From Candidatus Omnitrophota bacterium (lineage in GTDB: Bacteria > Omnitrophota > Gorgyraeia > Zapsychrales > Fredricksoniimonadaceae), in the NCBI GenBank assembly GCA_903908245.1, contig CAIVRE010000023.1, forward strand, positions 1 through 55,851: a stretch of 55,851 bases of DNA. Direction: 5' to 3'. The position numbers were made by a program, and so were the translations under genes. A model generated the notes under the pieces. The model worked only from the letters and a program-made list of their open reading frames with translations, was not told where the DNA came from and made no database searches. Of the stretch, positions 1 through 8,769 are shown piece after piece (position 1 is the stretch's first letter; each line of letters opens with the position of its first letter).

Positions 1-2370
1 CCATTTTACCCAAACCAGGATCAAATCTGCAAACTCAATTTTTCCCCAACATGTCCAATCGATGCTGACGCTCTACAGTCCGCGGTCTCCGCGCTGGCCG
101 CCATACCATTGGCGGCGGGAGAATCTTTTGACCCGACATCCACGTGGAGTGTCGTGGCTATTCTTTCTATCGGAGTTCCGGCGCTGGTTATGACTATGAG
201 ATATTGGACGATACAGCATTTCAAGTCGGTCCTACGGAAAACACAGGACCCGAAGGTTTTTTTCAAGGCGGCGGAGTCGTTGCGCTCTTTTGTGAAAGAA
301 GATGTTTGGCGTGATGAACTTCTGGCGCGTTATATGGATATGAACCCCGGGATCCGCGCGGCGGAGCGTGAGCTGTTTTCCAGGTTCGGTCAGATCGATC
401 CTTTATTTCGCTGGCTGGAGAGCAGGAATATCTTTGAGCAATTAAGACATCCCAATGCTCAGGTCCGGGATGGCGCAAAAGCCCTGATGGGGCAATTTCC
501 GTTCACTCCTCTGGAACGGGCCGAGGTCTGTCTTTTAGTGCTGGAAAGGGAATTGGGCCGGGATGTCCCTGCTTCTTTGAATATTGTCCAGGAGAATCTG
601 GCGGATCTTATTTCTTTCAGGAAGAAGGCCCGTTCCGCTTCAGTGGCCATGAATTCCCGGGAGAGGGCTTCGGCCGATTTTTTTGATCAGAAAATGATCT
701 ATATTCTTTCCAGGGTTTTGGGATGGGGGCCGGAGGCGTCTTTCCCTCTTGCCGTCAGCGGGCTTGATGAATTGGCCCCTGGGATGGAAAAGCATATCGA
801 TCTTTACCGTGATATCATTGAATCTTCGCCGAGATCGAAAGTCCGGATGGAGGTCTTTCAGCGCCTTCCGCTTCAAATGCAGAAAGAAATGGGAGACAGG
901 CTTTGGGACCGTTTCCGGGAGCCGCATATGTTCTTTGATGTATCGGTGCGGTTTTTCCTTGATACGGGCCTGGTCGGCCAGGGGCTTTTAACAGCCCGTG
1001 TTCTTGAGATCCTTAAGAAAAATCATTATATGCAGGATCCTCTTCGGGCTCCGCATATCCGGGCGCTTGAGACCCTTGGAGTGAAAGGTTTTTCGCAGGG
1101 CATGAGCCAGCGCCAGTTTGAGCAGGTCATTGATCAGGTCATGGCTTCTCAGCCGGACCGCGCCATGAGCCTTTCCGCTCTTTCTGTCCTGGCCGCGGCT
1201 CCCGTAGATCCGTCGGTGATCGATACGCTGGTGAACAGTCCTGTTGCCTGGGTTGTTGTGGGAGGGGTTGTTCTCGGCGCCTCTGTCGGCAGCGCTTTGC
1301 TGGTCCGGTACTGGAATATCCGGAAGCGTCAGCAACTGTTGTCCCGTGTTCATACCGGCAGCATGCCTTCTCGTATTGACGCGCTTATTGAATACAAAGG
1401 AAAAGTTCAGGAAGGTGCGGCCTATTATGAGTTTCTGGGGCTATTGAACGATCCATCGGCTGTTTTTATTTCCAGCGACCAGGAACGCCTGGAACAAGCC
1501 GGGTTTTCTTTCGGGAGATGGCTGGGTTATGACATGCCGGTCATGCTGATATCGACGGATAGCGAGGTCCGGGAACAGGCCAGGGGCCTTTTAAAGAACA
1601 AGGTTTCGCTGCTTGAGCAGGGGCTTGTACGGATCAGGGCGATCCATCGGGAGTATATGCGTCTTTCGAATACGAGGTATACGTATCGCACCAATGATAT
1701 TATCCTTGAGCTGGTTGATGACCTGTTAAGTGGCCGCAAGATCTTTCAGAATGCGGCCCTGGATCTGGAATTTGAAAAGGTCCTGCTGGAGCTGTTCCCT
1801 GTCGGGGATCTGCGTTCCATGCTCAAGATCAGGGACGCCCTGGTTGAACTGCGCCTGGGAAAGGACACATCCGATGCCAGCAGGACAGTGGTCCTGGGAA
1901 GGGTCAATGCGGAGCTTGGCGGCAAATTCCTGGAAAGGCTCAAACAGCCGTTGCCGGTCATGAACGTGAAGGATGTTGTTGTGTTCTTGTTGAATGTTAA
2001 CATTGGGAATCGGACCTTGATCCTTACGGATGTCATCAGCGTGCTGAGAAAACAGGGGCCTCAGATGGACGCATCTTTGAGAAAGAATTACAGCGATGCT
2101 TTGACGGCGTTGGGTTTGCCCGAGAAGGAGCAATGGCTGCAGGCGCCTTTGCTGGCGAAACCGGACGGGGACCGTCCGGATCCGTCCCAGGATATCAATG
2201 GTGGTATCGATGTCAGCGGCCTGAACGTTGAGCGTTCGGGGAAAGGTGTCGACGTTGTTTTTGATCCCGCCATGTTGACGGGATTTGCCAATGGCACGTT
2301 CAATGGGTTCACCCCCGTTATCGTTGGTTTTACTCCTGCCGGTAATATTCTTTCCGCGTTAGGGTTATGA
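1..2370 (+). CDS. Large modular protein of the GGID-tail family, 5'-truncated by the window; two diverged TM + helical-repeat modules and the conserved C-terminal GGID domain
   Basis: Frame 1 is open from base 1 (ORF track starts at 109). C-terminus GGIDVSG...GFTPVIVGFTP...LGL matches the tails of the ORFs at 16777, 21114 and 30792. A DRAM linker at 1156-1167 separates two similar modules. Confidence 0.75.
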   Translation, partial: PFYPNQDQICKLNFSPTCPIDADALQSAVSALAAIPLAAGESFDPTSTWSVVAILSIGVPALVMTMRYWTIQHFKSVLRKTQDPKVFFKAAESLRSFVKEDVWRDELLARYMDMNPGIRAAERELFSRFGQIDPLFRWLESRNIFEQLRHPNAQVRDGAKALMGQFPFTPLERAEVCLLVLERELGRDVPASLNIVQENLADLISFRKKARSASVAMNSRERASADFFDQKMIYILSRVLGWGPEASFPLAVSGLDELAPGMEKHIDLYRDIIESSPRSKVRMEVFQRLPLQMQKEMGDRLWDRFREPHMFFDVSVRFFLDTGLVGQGLLTARVLEILKKNHYMQDPLRAPHIRALETLGVKGFSQGMSQRQFEQVIDQVMASQPDRAMSLSALSVLAAAPVDPSVIDTLVNSPVAWVVVGGVVLGASVGSALLVRYWNIRKRQQLLSRVHTGSMPSRIDALIEYKGKVQEGAAYYEFLGLLNDPSAVFISSDQERLEQAGFSFGRWLGYDMPVMLISTDSEVREQARGLLKNKVSLLEQGLVRIRAIHREYMRLSNTRYTYRTNDIILELVDDLLSGRKIFQNAALDLEFEKVLLELFPVGDLRSMLKIRDALVELRLGKDTSDASRTVVLGRVNAELGGKFLERLKQPLPVMNVKDVVVFLLNVNIGNRTLILTDVISVLRKQGPQMDASLRKNYSDALTALGLPEKEQWLQAPLLAKPDGDRPDPSQDINGGIDVSGLNVERSGKGVDVVFDPAMLTGFANGTFNGFTPVIVGFTPAGNILSALGL

Positions 2371-2472
2371 TCCAAGGAAAGAGGGCGGATTGTCTTGATT
2401 GCACAAGGCCGGCAGGCAAGGTTATAATATTTAGAAATGTTGTTCGGGCGAGACCTTAAAAGGACGGTGCGA

Positions 2473-2880
2473 ATGCTTTTCGAATGGTCACCAAAATTCA
2501 TCCTTGGGGTTAAAGCCATTGATGACCAGCATCGCAAGCTGGTGGTTATTCTTAATCAGCTCGATGATCTCATCAAGAACGGCGCGCCACAAAGTGACAG
2601 CTGGGTGAGTATTTTCAATGAATTGCTGGAGTATGCGCAGTATCATTTCAAGACCGAGGAGGAATTGATGTTCGACCATTCTTTCGGTGGCCTTCAGGAC
2701 CATATCAAGGAACATGCTTTTTTCAGGTCCAAGATCACATCCCTGAAGAAAGGGCTGGATGCCAATGATCTGCATGCTATCGACGAGCTATTGTATTTCC
2801 TGATGGTATGGTTGCAGAACCATATCCTGGTCGTCGACAGGCGCTGTTGTGTTTTTCTTAATCAAGAAGGAGTGGTGTGA
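2473..2880 (+). CDS. Bacteriohemerythrin
   Basis: W...GVKAIDDQH, HFKTEEELM, HIKEH and WLQNHILVVD di-iron motifs; start chosen at ATG 2473. Confidence 0.9.
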   Translation: MLFEWSPKFILGVKAIDDQHRKLVVILNQLDDLIKNGAPQSDSWVSIFNELLEYAQYHFKTEEELMFDHSFGGLQDHIKEHAFFRSKITSLKKGLDANDLHAIDELLYFLMVWLQNHILVVDRRCCVFLNQEGVV

Positions 2881-3236
2881 AGAAATTGTCCTGGGTTGCA
2901 ATTGTGCTGATCATCGCTGTAGGGGGCATTCATATCGTCGGTGCGCCGGACTGTTTTAAGGAAGCCGCGTACAAGGGCTGGCTGTTCTATGCGAATGGGT
3001 TTGGCGCTATGGCTGCGGCTTACGGGATCTTCCGCCGGCAGGAATGGGGATGGTGCCTTGGGCTGATGGTCGCGGCAGGGTCTTTCCTGGGTTATGTCGC
3101 CAGCCGTACGGTCGGGCTTCCTCTTATTCCGGCGGAACCGGAGGCCTGGTTCGAACCTCTGGGCATTTCTTCGCTGATCGCGGAAGGCGCTTTCATCGCG
3201 CTCTTTTGGGCGCGATCGCTCAAAAGAATTGAATGA
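2877..3236 (+). CDS. Small integral membrane protein (about 4 TM), function unknown
   Basis: Hydrophobic segments; GTGA overlap with the hemerythrin stop and an upstream AGGAG. Confidence 0.7.
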   Translation: MKKLSWVAIVLIIAVGGIHIVGAPDCFKEAAYKGWLFYANGFGAMAAAYGIFRRQEWGWCLGLMVAAGSFLGYVASRTVGLPLIPAEPEAWFEPLGISSLIAEGAFIALFWARSLKRIE

Positions 3237-3342
3237 CCTTTCCTGCTTTAAGAGTTATAATCTCCGATCGTTGAAATGTTCCAGATCCTTTTACGACAAA
3301 TCAAAGTCTAACGTGGTTAGAAACAACAAACGGGAGGGCTTT

Positions 3343-4056
3343 ATGTTAAAAAAAGTTTTTTTGGTAACAAGTCTGTTTTTGGTTGCGGCTTTGGGCAGTG
3401 CCCAGGCAGCGGAGGACAAGTTCCTGCAGCTGTCTGTTTTTGAGCCGGTTCAGATGGTCCCCAAGGAAGAGTCTATCGGCGGTCTTCGTCTTAACCTCTT
3501 TTATACCAGAAACGTGAATATGACAGGGTTAAGCTACAGTGTTTTTGGTGTGAACCGTACGACCGGCGATGTGAAGGGTGTGGAACTTGGCCTTGGGAAC
3601 TGGACGGATGGCTCTTTTTATGGTTGGCAGCCTGGGCTGTTGAGCCGTACCGGCAAGCGTTTCGTGGGTTGGCAGGGTGGTATCGCGGCGGTCACGGAGG
3701 GAGACTTCACCGGGTTGCAATCCGGTCTTGTGGCTTATACGGAAGGTTTTTTCCATGGCTGGCAGGCGGGTTGGGTGAATTATACGGCCGGGCGTTTTGT
3801 GGGCTTGCAGAGCGGCCTGGTGAATGTTTCCAAGGGGGAGTTCAGCGGAGTGGCGCTGGGTGTGGCGAATTATGCCGACGGGTCTGTCAAGGGTTTCCAG
3901 GGTGGCGTGGTGAATTATGCCGCGGAAATGCATGGTTTTCAGCTGGGGTTATTTAATGTATCAAAATCGCTGGATGGTCTTCAGATCGGTTTCGGGAACT
4001 ATAATGGCAGCAAAGAACCGTTTGAATTCCTGCCTATTGTGAATTGGAAATTTTAA
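3343..4056 (+). CDS. Secreted/surface Gly-rich repeat protein (LA_2272-like)
   Basis: Signal peptide ending AQA; ~15-residue repeats of type GxQxGxVNxxxGxxx; C-terminal PIVNWKF; GGAGG SD before ATG 3343. Confidence 0.75.
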   Translation: MLKKVFLVTSLFLVAALGSAQAAEDKFLQLSVFEPVQMVPKEESIGGLRLNLFYTRNVNMTGLSYSVFGVNRTTGDVKGVELGLGNWTDGSFYGWQPGLLSRTGKRFVGWQGGIAAVTEGDFTGLQSGLVAYTEGFFHGWQAGWVNYTAGRFVGLQSGLVNVSKGEFSGVALGVANYADGSVKGFQGGVVNYAAEMHGFQLGLFNVSKSLDGLQIGFGNYNGSKEPFEFLPIVNWKF

Positions 4057-4084
4057 GTTATTTGTTTTGGGTTGGATTTATACA

Positions 4085-4124
4085 CCCCTGCTATTCCCTT
4101 ATTAAGGAATAGCAGGGGATTTTT
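4085..4124 (+). terminator. Intrinsic terminator
   Basis: CCCCTGCTATTCC / GGAATAGCAGGGG 13-bp stem followed by ATTTTT. Confidence 0.8.
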
Positions 4125-4170
4125 ATTTTAAAATTCCCTGACGGTTGAAATCGTGATATATTCCTTGGTT

Positions 4171-4195
4171 GTAGGGGGCGGTCCGGCGGGTCGCC
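4171..4195 (+). repeat. Degenerate GTAG REP-like palindrome
   Basis: GTAG followed by a GC-rich imperfect hairpin (GGCGGTCC-GGC-GGGTCGCC, pairing needs G-T wobble). Confidence 0.45.
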
Positions 4196-4270
4196 GGTAT
4201 GAATATCAAGGAGGATCTTATGAGGGAACACCTGGAGAATTTTTTTAATTTCAGATGGGGGGAGTTTAAC

Positions 4271-5266
4271 ATGAATAAAGGCACAACATTCTTTCTGGGT
4301 ACGATCATTGCGGCATTGTTCTTTTTCTGGATGTTCGTTGGCATTGTTGATATCAAGCCTACCGAGGTTGGTGTCGAGATCGACAAGGTCCAGGGCAAGG
4401 TGATGGAAATGCCACGCCTGGTTGGTTATCATGTCTATAATAAAGTTTCGACGGATATTGTGGTCTATCATGTGGCGGCGCGCGCGTTCCCCGGCGACGT
4501 GATGAAAAGCGAGAATTCGGACAATTACAGCCTGGACCTCAAGACGAATGATGGCCAGAATATCCGTGTTGACCTGACCATTCTTTATGCTTTAAAGGGC
4601 AATGAAGTCCCGGCGCTGCACCAGGCGATCGGCCCGAATTATGAGGACCAGATCCTGTTGCCGCAGATCCGTTCGGAAGCGCGGATCACGATCGGAAGCT
4701 ATGCCGCCGAGGAGATCTACAGCGGCAAGGTCCGCGATGCCATCCAGAAAGAGATCGCGGTGCGCTTGCAGAGCGCGGTGGCCAAGTTCCCGGCGATCCA
4801 GATCCAGGATGCCCTGATCCGGCATTTTGCGTTCAGCAGGGAGTTCGAGAGCGCGATCGAGCAGAAGAAGCTCGCGGCCCAGCAGGTGGAGATCAACAAG
4901 AATCGCGCGCTGGCCCAGGAAGAAGAGGCCAAGCGTCAGGAGGCAGAGGCCCGCGGGAGCAAGCTCAAGGCGATTCAGGATGCCGAAGGGCGTGCTCAAT
5001 CCGCCAGGATCGAGGCGGATGCCGAGCGTTATAAGCTGGAGCAGGAAGCGGCGGGCAAGCTGGCGAATTACAAGGCGGATGCGGAAGGCAAGAAGCTTCA
5101 GGCGGACGCTTTGGGCGGCGGTCAGAATGTGGTCGCGCTCAAGTTCGCGGAAAATATCCCGGATAAATTCCGTGTCTTTGCTGTTCCGATAGGGCAGAAT
5201 TCCACGAGCCTGATGGACCTTAACGGCATCTTCAAGGGGATGTTCTCGGGAGAAGCTCAGAAATAA
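4271..5266 (+). CDS. SPFH/prohibitin (band 7) family membrane protein
   Basis: N-terminal TM helix; KTNDGQNIRVDLTI and FESAIEQK motifs; Ala/Glu-rich AEA coiled coil; GGAG SD before ATG 4271. Confidence 0.85.
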   Translation: MNKGTTFFLGTIIAALFFFWMFVGIVDIKPTEVGVEIDKVQGKVMEMPRLVGYHVYNKVSTDIVVYHVAARAFPGDVMKSENSDNYSLDLKTNDGQNIRVDLTILYALKGNEVPALHQAIGPNYEDQILLPQIRSEARITIGSYAAEEIYSGKVRDAIQKEIAVRLQSAVAKFPAIQIQDALIRHFAFSREFESAIEQKKLAAQQVEINKNRALAQEEEAKRQEAEARGSKLKAIQDAEGRAQSARIEADAERYKLEQEAAGKLANYKADAEGKKLQADALGGGQNVVALKFAENIPDKFRVFAVPIGQNSTSLMDLNGIFKGMFSGEAQK

Positions 5267-5289
5267 ACGGGTTATTCGAGGAGGTCGAT

Positions 5290-5391
5290 ATGGTAGCATT
5301 TTTGGAAACAGCGGTATTGGTGCAATCGCTTATTATCGGTTTTTTGCTTTTCAAGGTCCTGGAATTGCAGAAAAGCAAAGATGATAAATAG
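5290..5391 (+). CDS. Unannotated 33-aa single-TM small protein
   Basis: GAGGAGGT SD, then MVAFLETAVLVQSLIIGFLLFKVLELQKSKDDK*; lies between the SPFH gene and its terminator. Confidence 0.6.
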   Translation: MVAFLETAVLVQSLIIGFLLFKVLELQKSKDDK

Positions 5392-5419
5392 GCGAAAGAG
5401 GTGTTAACCCGTGTTGATC

Positions 5420-5452
5420 AAAAGCCCTGGATGTTGAGTCCAGGGCTTTTTT
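5420..5452 (+). terminator. Intrinsic terminator (possibly bidirectional)
   Basis: AAAAGCCCTGGA / TCCAGGGCTTTTTT. Confidence 0.8.
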
Positions 5453-5467
5453 AGTCGGGAACGGTTC

Positions 5468-6208
5468 ATGACTTCGGGGAATGATATGGACGGAACGATG
5501 GTCTGGGACAGTCAGGGAATGCCGTGGTCGGTGGCTTTTGACGACCAGTATTTTTGCAAAGAATACGGGTATGAAGAGGCGCTTTATGTGGTCTGTCAGG
5601 GGAATAACCTCAAAGAGCGTTTTTCGTCGCTGGATTCGGCAGTCGACGGGGTATTCACCATTATTGAGACCGGATTCGGGACCGGCCTGGATTTCTGTTG
5701 TGCCTGGCAGTTGTGGGATGAGTGTGCGCCGCGTTCCTGGTCATTGCATTTCATATCGGTAGAGCTTTATCCTCTTTCGGCGGATCAGATCGTTCGCGCA
5801 TTGAGCTTGTGGCCCTGCCTTTCACCGCATAAAGAGGAATTGGCCGCGCAATATCGGCCGGGATCCGGGGGGATGGGGGATTTTTCCTTTGGATCGGGCC
5901 GGATCCGTCTGACGGTTATTTTTGATCATGTTATTCCGGCTTTGGCCGCGATCAAAGAACAGGGCCTTGCTCCGAACGGGGCGGATGCCTGGTCGCTGGA
6001 CGGGTTTGCGCCTTCCAAAAACCCTGAAATGTGGTCGGATGGCGTATTCTCGGGCATGGCCGCCCTGAGCCGCTGCGGCACGACGCTTGCGACTTTTACG
6101 GTGGCCGGATTTGTGCGCCGGGGGCTGGAGGCACAGGGATTTGAAGTTCAGAGGGTCCTTGGCCATGGCAGGAAGAAGAATGTACTGACCGGGCACTTCA
6201 AGGGATAG
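5468..6208 (+). CDS. mnmD: Stand-alone tRNA mnm5s2U34 methyltransferase domain (MnmC N-terminal domain / MnmD)
   Basis: FDDQYF, ETGFGTGL, FISVELYP, DAWSLDGFAPSKNPEMW, ATFTVAGFVRRGL motifs; no FAD oxidase half. Confidence 0.85.
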   Translation: MTSGNDMDGTMVWDSQGMPWSVAFDDQYFCKEYGYEEALYVVCQGNNLKERFSSLDSAVDGVFTIIETGFGTGLDFCCAWQLWDECAPRSWSLHFISVELYPLSADQIVRALSLWPCLSPHKEELAAQYRPGSGGMGDFSFGSGRIRLTVIFDHVIPALAAIKEQGLAPNGADAWSLDGFAPSKNPEMWSDGVFSGMAALSRCGTTLATFTVAGFVRRGLEAQGFEVQRVLGHGRKKNVLTGHFKG

Positions 6209-6214
6209 GATCGC

Positions 6215-8131
6215 ATGAACCTTTTTTATTCGCATGAGGCCCGGACTTTTCAAAAGGCGTTCGGCTTGCTCTGCCGCTTTATCCTTCCCGCGCTGGTGAC
6301 GTATTATCTCCTGCATGTCGAATTGTTCGGTATCTACGATGTCAGGATCAGCGGTATCCGGGTTTATTCGACGTTGGCAATGTTTATTTTCGGGTTGGGG
6401 TTGACCCTGGCCTGGTCGTGGTTCTTTTCTGTGCTGGCAGACCTGTCGACCGGGCGGGAGCTGGTGATGAGGCTCGCATCGGCCAGGAGCGGAGTTGTTT
6501 TTTGGCCTTTGGTCATCGCGGCGATCCTGTTCCCGCAGGTGATCCATTTTTGTGTTTATGTCATCACAGGCAAGAATATCTTTTCAGTGGAACAGATAAG
6601 CATTGTCCTGATCCCGCTGATCAGTTGGTCCATCGCCGGGTTTGTTTTGCGCAGCAAGGCGTATATCGACAGGGATCAGTTGTTCCAGGTATCTGTTCTG
6701 GACTTTTTGATTCTGTGTATGGCCGTGCTGGCAGGGCTTGTGTTGGATCAGATGACGCATGTCATGGCTAAAGCCGGTTTTTTAAAAGCATGTGCGTCAT
6801 TCCTGATCGAGATCGTGAAGTTGTTTGTCCTGTATTATGTCTTTTTTGCTTTGGCGCGAAAGCCTGAAGAGGAAAAGACACCCGGTGTACCGCGACGGGA
6901 GCTTATCCTTGTTAATCCGCTCTTGGGCGGGCATTTTTTCGGGATAGCGTATGCGGTATTGCGGGCCTATCCGATGTTCTTTGCTTCGATCCGTGCATTC
7001 ACGCCGTCCGGATACCGGGTCTTTGAGCTTAACCGGGTTTTCTGGATCGAGGAGTACGCGCGCAAGGACGTGCTGGTTGCGATCAGCTGTTATTCGTCGA
7101 ATGCGGCCATCGCGTATTCGATCGCCAGGACATTCCGCGCGGCGGGGGCGAAAGTCGTCATGGGAGGGCCCCACGCGGGGCTGTTCCCTGAAGAGGCCCT
7201 GGAATTCTGCGACGCGGTCGTGATCGGCCCTGCGGAAGGGGCCTGGGAGAAGGTCCTGGAGGACTACGAGAAGGGTGCGCTGGCCGGTATCTATCAGGGG
7301 AGTTGTTCGGACAGGGACCTTGACCGGCTTCATGGGTATCTTTTGACGACGGCGCCGATGGTGGCGGCCGAGACCGTGATGGTCAGCCGCGGGTGCAAGT
7401 TCCGCTGTTATTTCTGCACGCATACATCGATCCTTGATACTCCGGCACGCTCTTTGGACGACGTGCTCGCTTTACTCAAATGCAGCCGCGGGGCAGGGGT
7501 CGTTTTTGCGGATTCCAATATTTTTATGGACCCGGTTTATGCCAAAGAGCTTTTCAGGCGAATGGTCCCGCTCAAGATCAAATGGGGCGCGTGCGCGAGC
7601 ATTGATATTGCCCGGGATGATGAAGCGATCGCCCTTTTGAAGCAGAGCGGTTGTTGCGAGCTGATGATCGGCTACGAGATCGCGCCTGGATCGGATGAGG
7701 CAAAGCGCAAGGGCAAATTCCTGCTGGCACAGGACTATTACGCGTTGTCCCGGAAATTGAAGAAAGCGGGGATCAAGATCAAGGCCCAGTTCATGTTCGG
7801 TTTTCCGTCGGATAATTGGCAGAGCCTCTGGCGTTTATGGAAGTTCTCTTTTAAACTTTGCCCTGATGTGTCCGGGATGTCATATATGTCCCCTATGCCC
7901 GGGTCATTGTATTACGACGATATTGTGCGCGAGGACCGGCTGATCAACCTCAACTGGAGCAGTTGCAGCGGGCATAAAATGATATGTTCGCATCCGTTAA
8001 TGGGGTCGCCGGCCATTCTTAAAGACGGATTTATGCTTATGCATTCCCTGTTTTTCTTTACAACATCCCGTTTTGGTTTTTATTGTCTGGCTTTGTTGCT
8101 GGCAGGGGTCTGGTGTTTGTTCCAGCTGTGA
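6215..8131 (+). CDS. B12-binding radical SAM protein with N-terminal multi-TM domain
   Basis: VVMGGPHA and DAVVIGPAE (cobalamin domain); SRGCKFRCYFC CxxxCxxC; ~210 hydrophobic N-terminal residues. Confidence 0.85.
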   Translation: MNLFYSHEARTFQKAFGLLCRFILPALVTYYLLHVELFGIYDVRISGIRVYSTLAMFIFGLGLTLAWSWFFSVLADLSTGRELVMRLASARSGVVFWPLVIAAILFPQVIHFCVYVITGKNIFSVEQISIVLIPLISWSIAGFVLRSKAYIDRDQLFQVSVLDFLILCMAVLAGLVLDQMTHVMAKAGFLKACASFLIEIVKLFVLYYVFFALARKPEEEKTPGVPRRELILVNPLLGGHFFGIAYAVLRAYPMFFASIRAFTPSGYRVFELNRVFWIEEYARKDVLVAISCYSSNAAIAYSIARTFRAAGAKVVMGGPHAGLFPEEALEFCDAVVIGPAEGAWEKVLEDYEKGALAGIYQGSCSDRDLDRLHGYLLTTAPMVAAETVMVSRGCKFRCYFCTHTSILDTPARSLDDVLALLKCSRGAGVVFADSNIFMDPVYAKELFRRMVPLKIKWGACASIDIARDDEAIALLKQSGCCELMIGYEIAPGSDEAKRKGKFLLAQDYYALSRKLKKAGIKIKAQFMFGFPSDNWQSLWRLWKFSFKLCPDVSGMSYMSPMPGSLYYDDIVREDRLINLNWSSCSGHKMICSHPLMGSPAILKDGFMLMHSLFFFTTSRFGFYCLALLLAGVWCLFQL

Positions 8132-8740
8132 TCAGCGCAGGCGCAGGAGGGCGCGCAGGATGCTGACCGGCCGGATAAAGAAAGGCCAGGCGAAGGTGAG
8201 GGTGAAGAGATACAGGATCGTCGTCCACGAGATATTGATGTAGACCAGGATGGCAACAGGATAAAGGATAATAAAGAAACGTTTTAAGGACCGTTCCAGC
8301 TTTCCGTTAAAGTCAACGAATGATGTAAGGCGATACCGCCGGCCGAGGTCTTCGCCGAACTGGAAAAAAGTTCCTTTGGGCGGGGCATCAGGGTATAATC
8401 CGGTCACAAGTTCTTTGGAGAGTTCTATTAAGAGTTGTTTTTTGACGGCTTCGTACCGGAGGAAAAGCCCGAACGCAAGCAGCCCTGTCATGAGCATGGG
8501 GCCGGAGCGATACAGCAGGGCCGGAGCAATATTGGCCAGTGTTGCGGTCAGCGCCAGGAAGGACAGCCTGGCCTTGAAGTCGTGGCTTTTGTAGAGAGCG
8601 GAAGCTTTTGGCGAACAGCTGGCCAGCGGTTGACGGATATTCGCAGAGAGGCAAATATACCGCATCCAGAGTTCGGTGTTGATGTCGTTGCGGACGGTTT
8701 CGGATAATGAGCGTGGATTGACGAGGTCGGCTTTGATCAT
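8132..8740 (-). CDS. Hypothetical membrane protein
   Basis: 202-aa ORF exactly filling the gap between two + genes; about 4 hydrophobic segments. Confidence 0.6.
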   Translation of the reverse strand: MIKADLVNPRSLSETVRNDINTELWMRYICLSANIRQPLASCSPKASALYKSHDFKARLSFLALTATLANIAPALLYRSGPMLMTGLLAFGLFLRYEAVKKQLLIELSKELVTGLYPDAPPKGTFFQFGEDLGRRYRLTSFVDFNGKLERSLKRFFIILYPVAILVYINISWTTILYLFTLTFAWPFFIRPVSILRALLRLR

Positions 8741-8769
8741 AAATGTTAAGTGTTATTCTAGCGTGAGAT

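Noticed and set aside
3229-3342. Longer N-terminal extensions in the ORF track (also at 4199, 12053, 29824, 43141, 43581, 48007 and 53116)
   Set aside because: Downstream ATGs fit better with SD sequences, signal peptides or family N-termini; the extensions overlap neighbouring genes or promoters.
3560-4000. Periodic sequence that might suggest a CRISPR or DNA repeat array
   Set aside because: The periodicity is at protein level (Gly-rich ~15-aa repeats); there are no identical DNA repeats with spacers.
4171-4195. REP copies as evidence of an IS or transposon in the window
   Set aside because: No transposase, terminal inverted repeats or target duplications seen; reported only as dispersed repeats.
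5468-6208. MnmC lacking its oxidase half, possibly a pseudogene
   Set aside because: Stand-alone MnmD methyltransferases are known; the ORF is intact and ends at the normal domain boundary.
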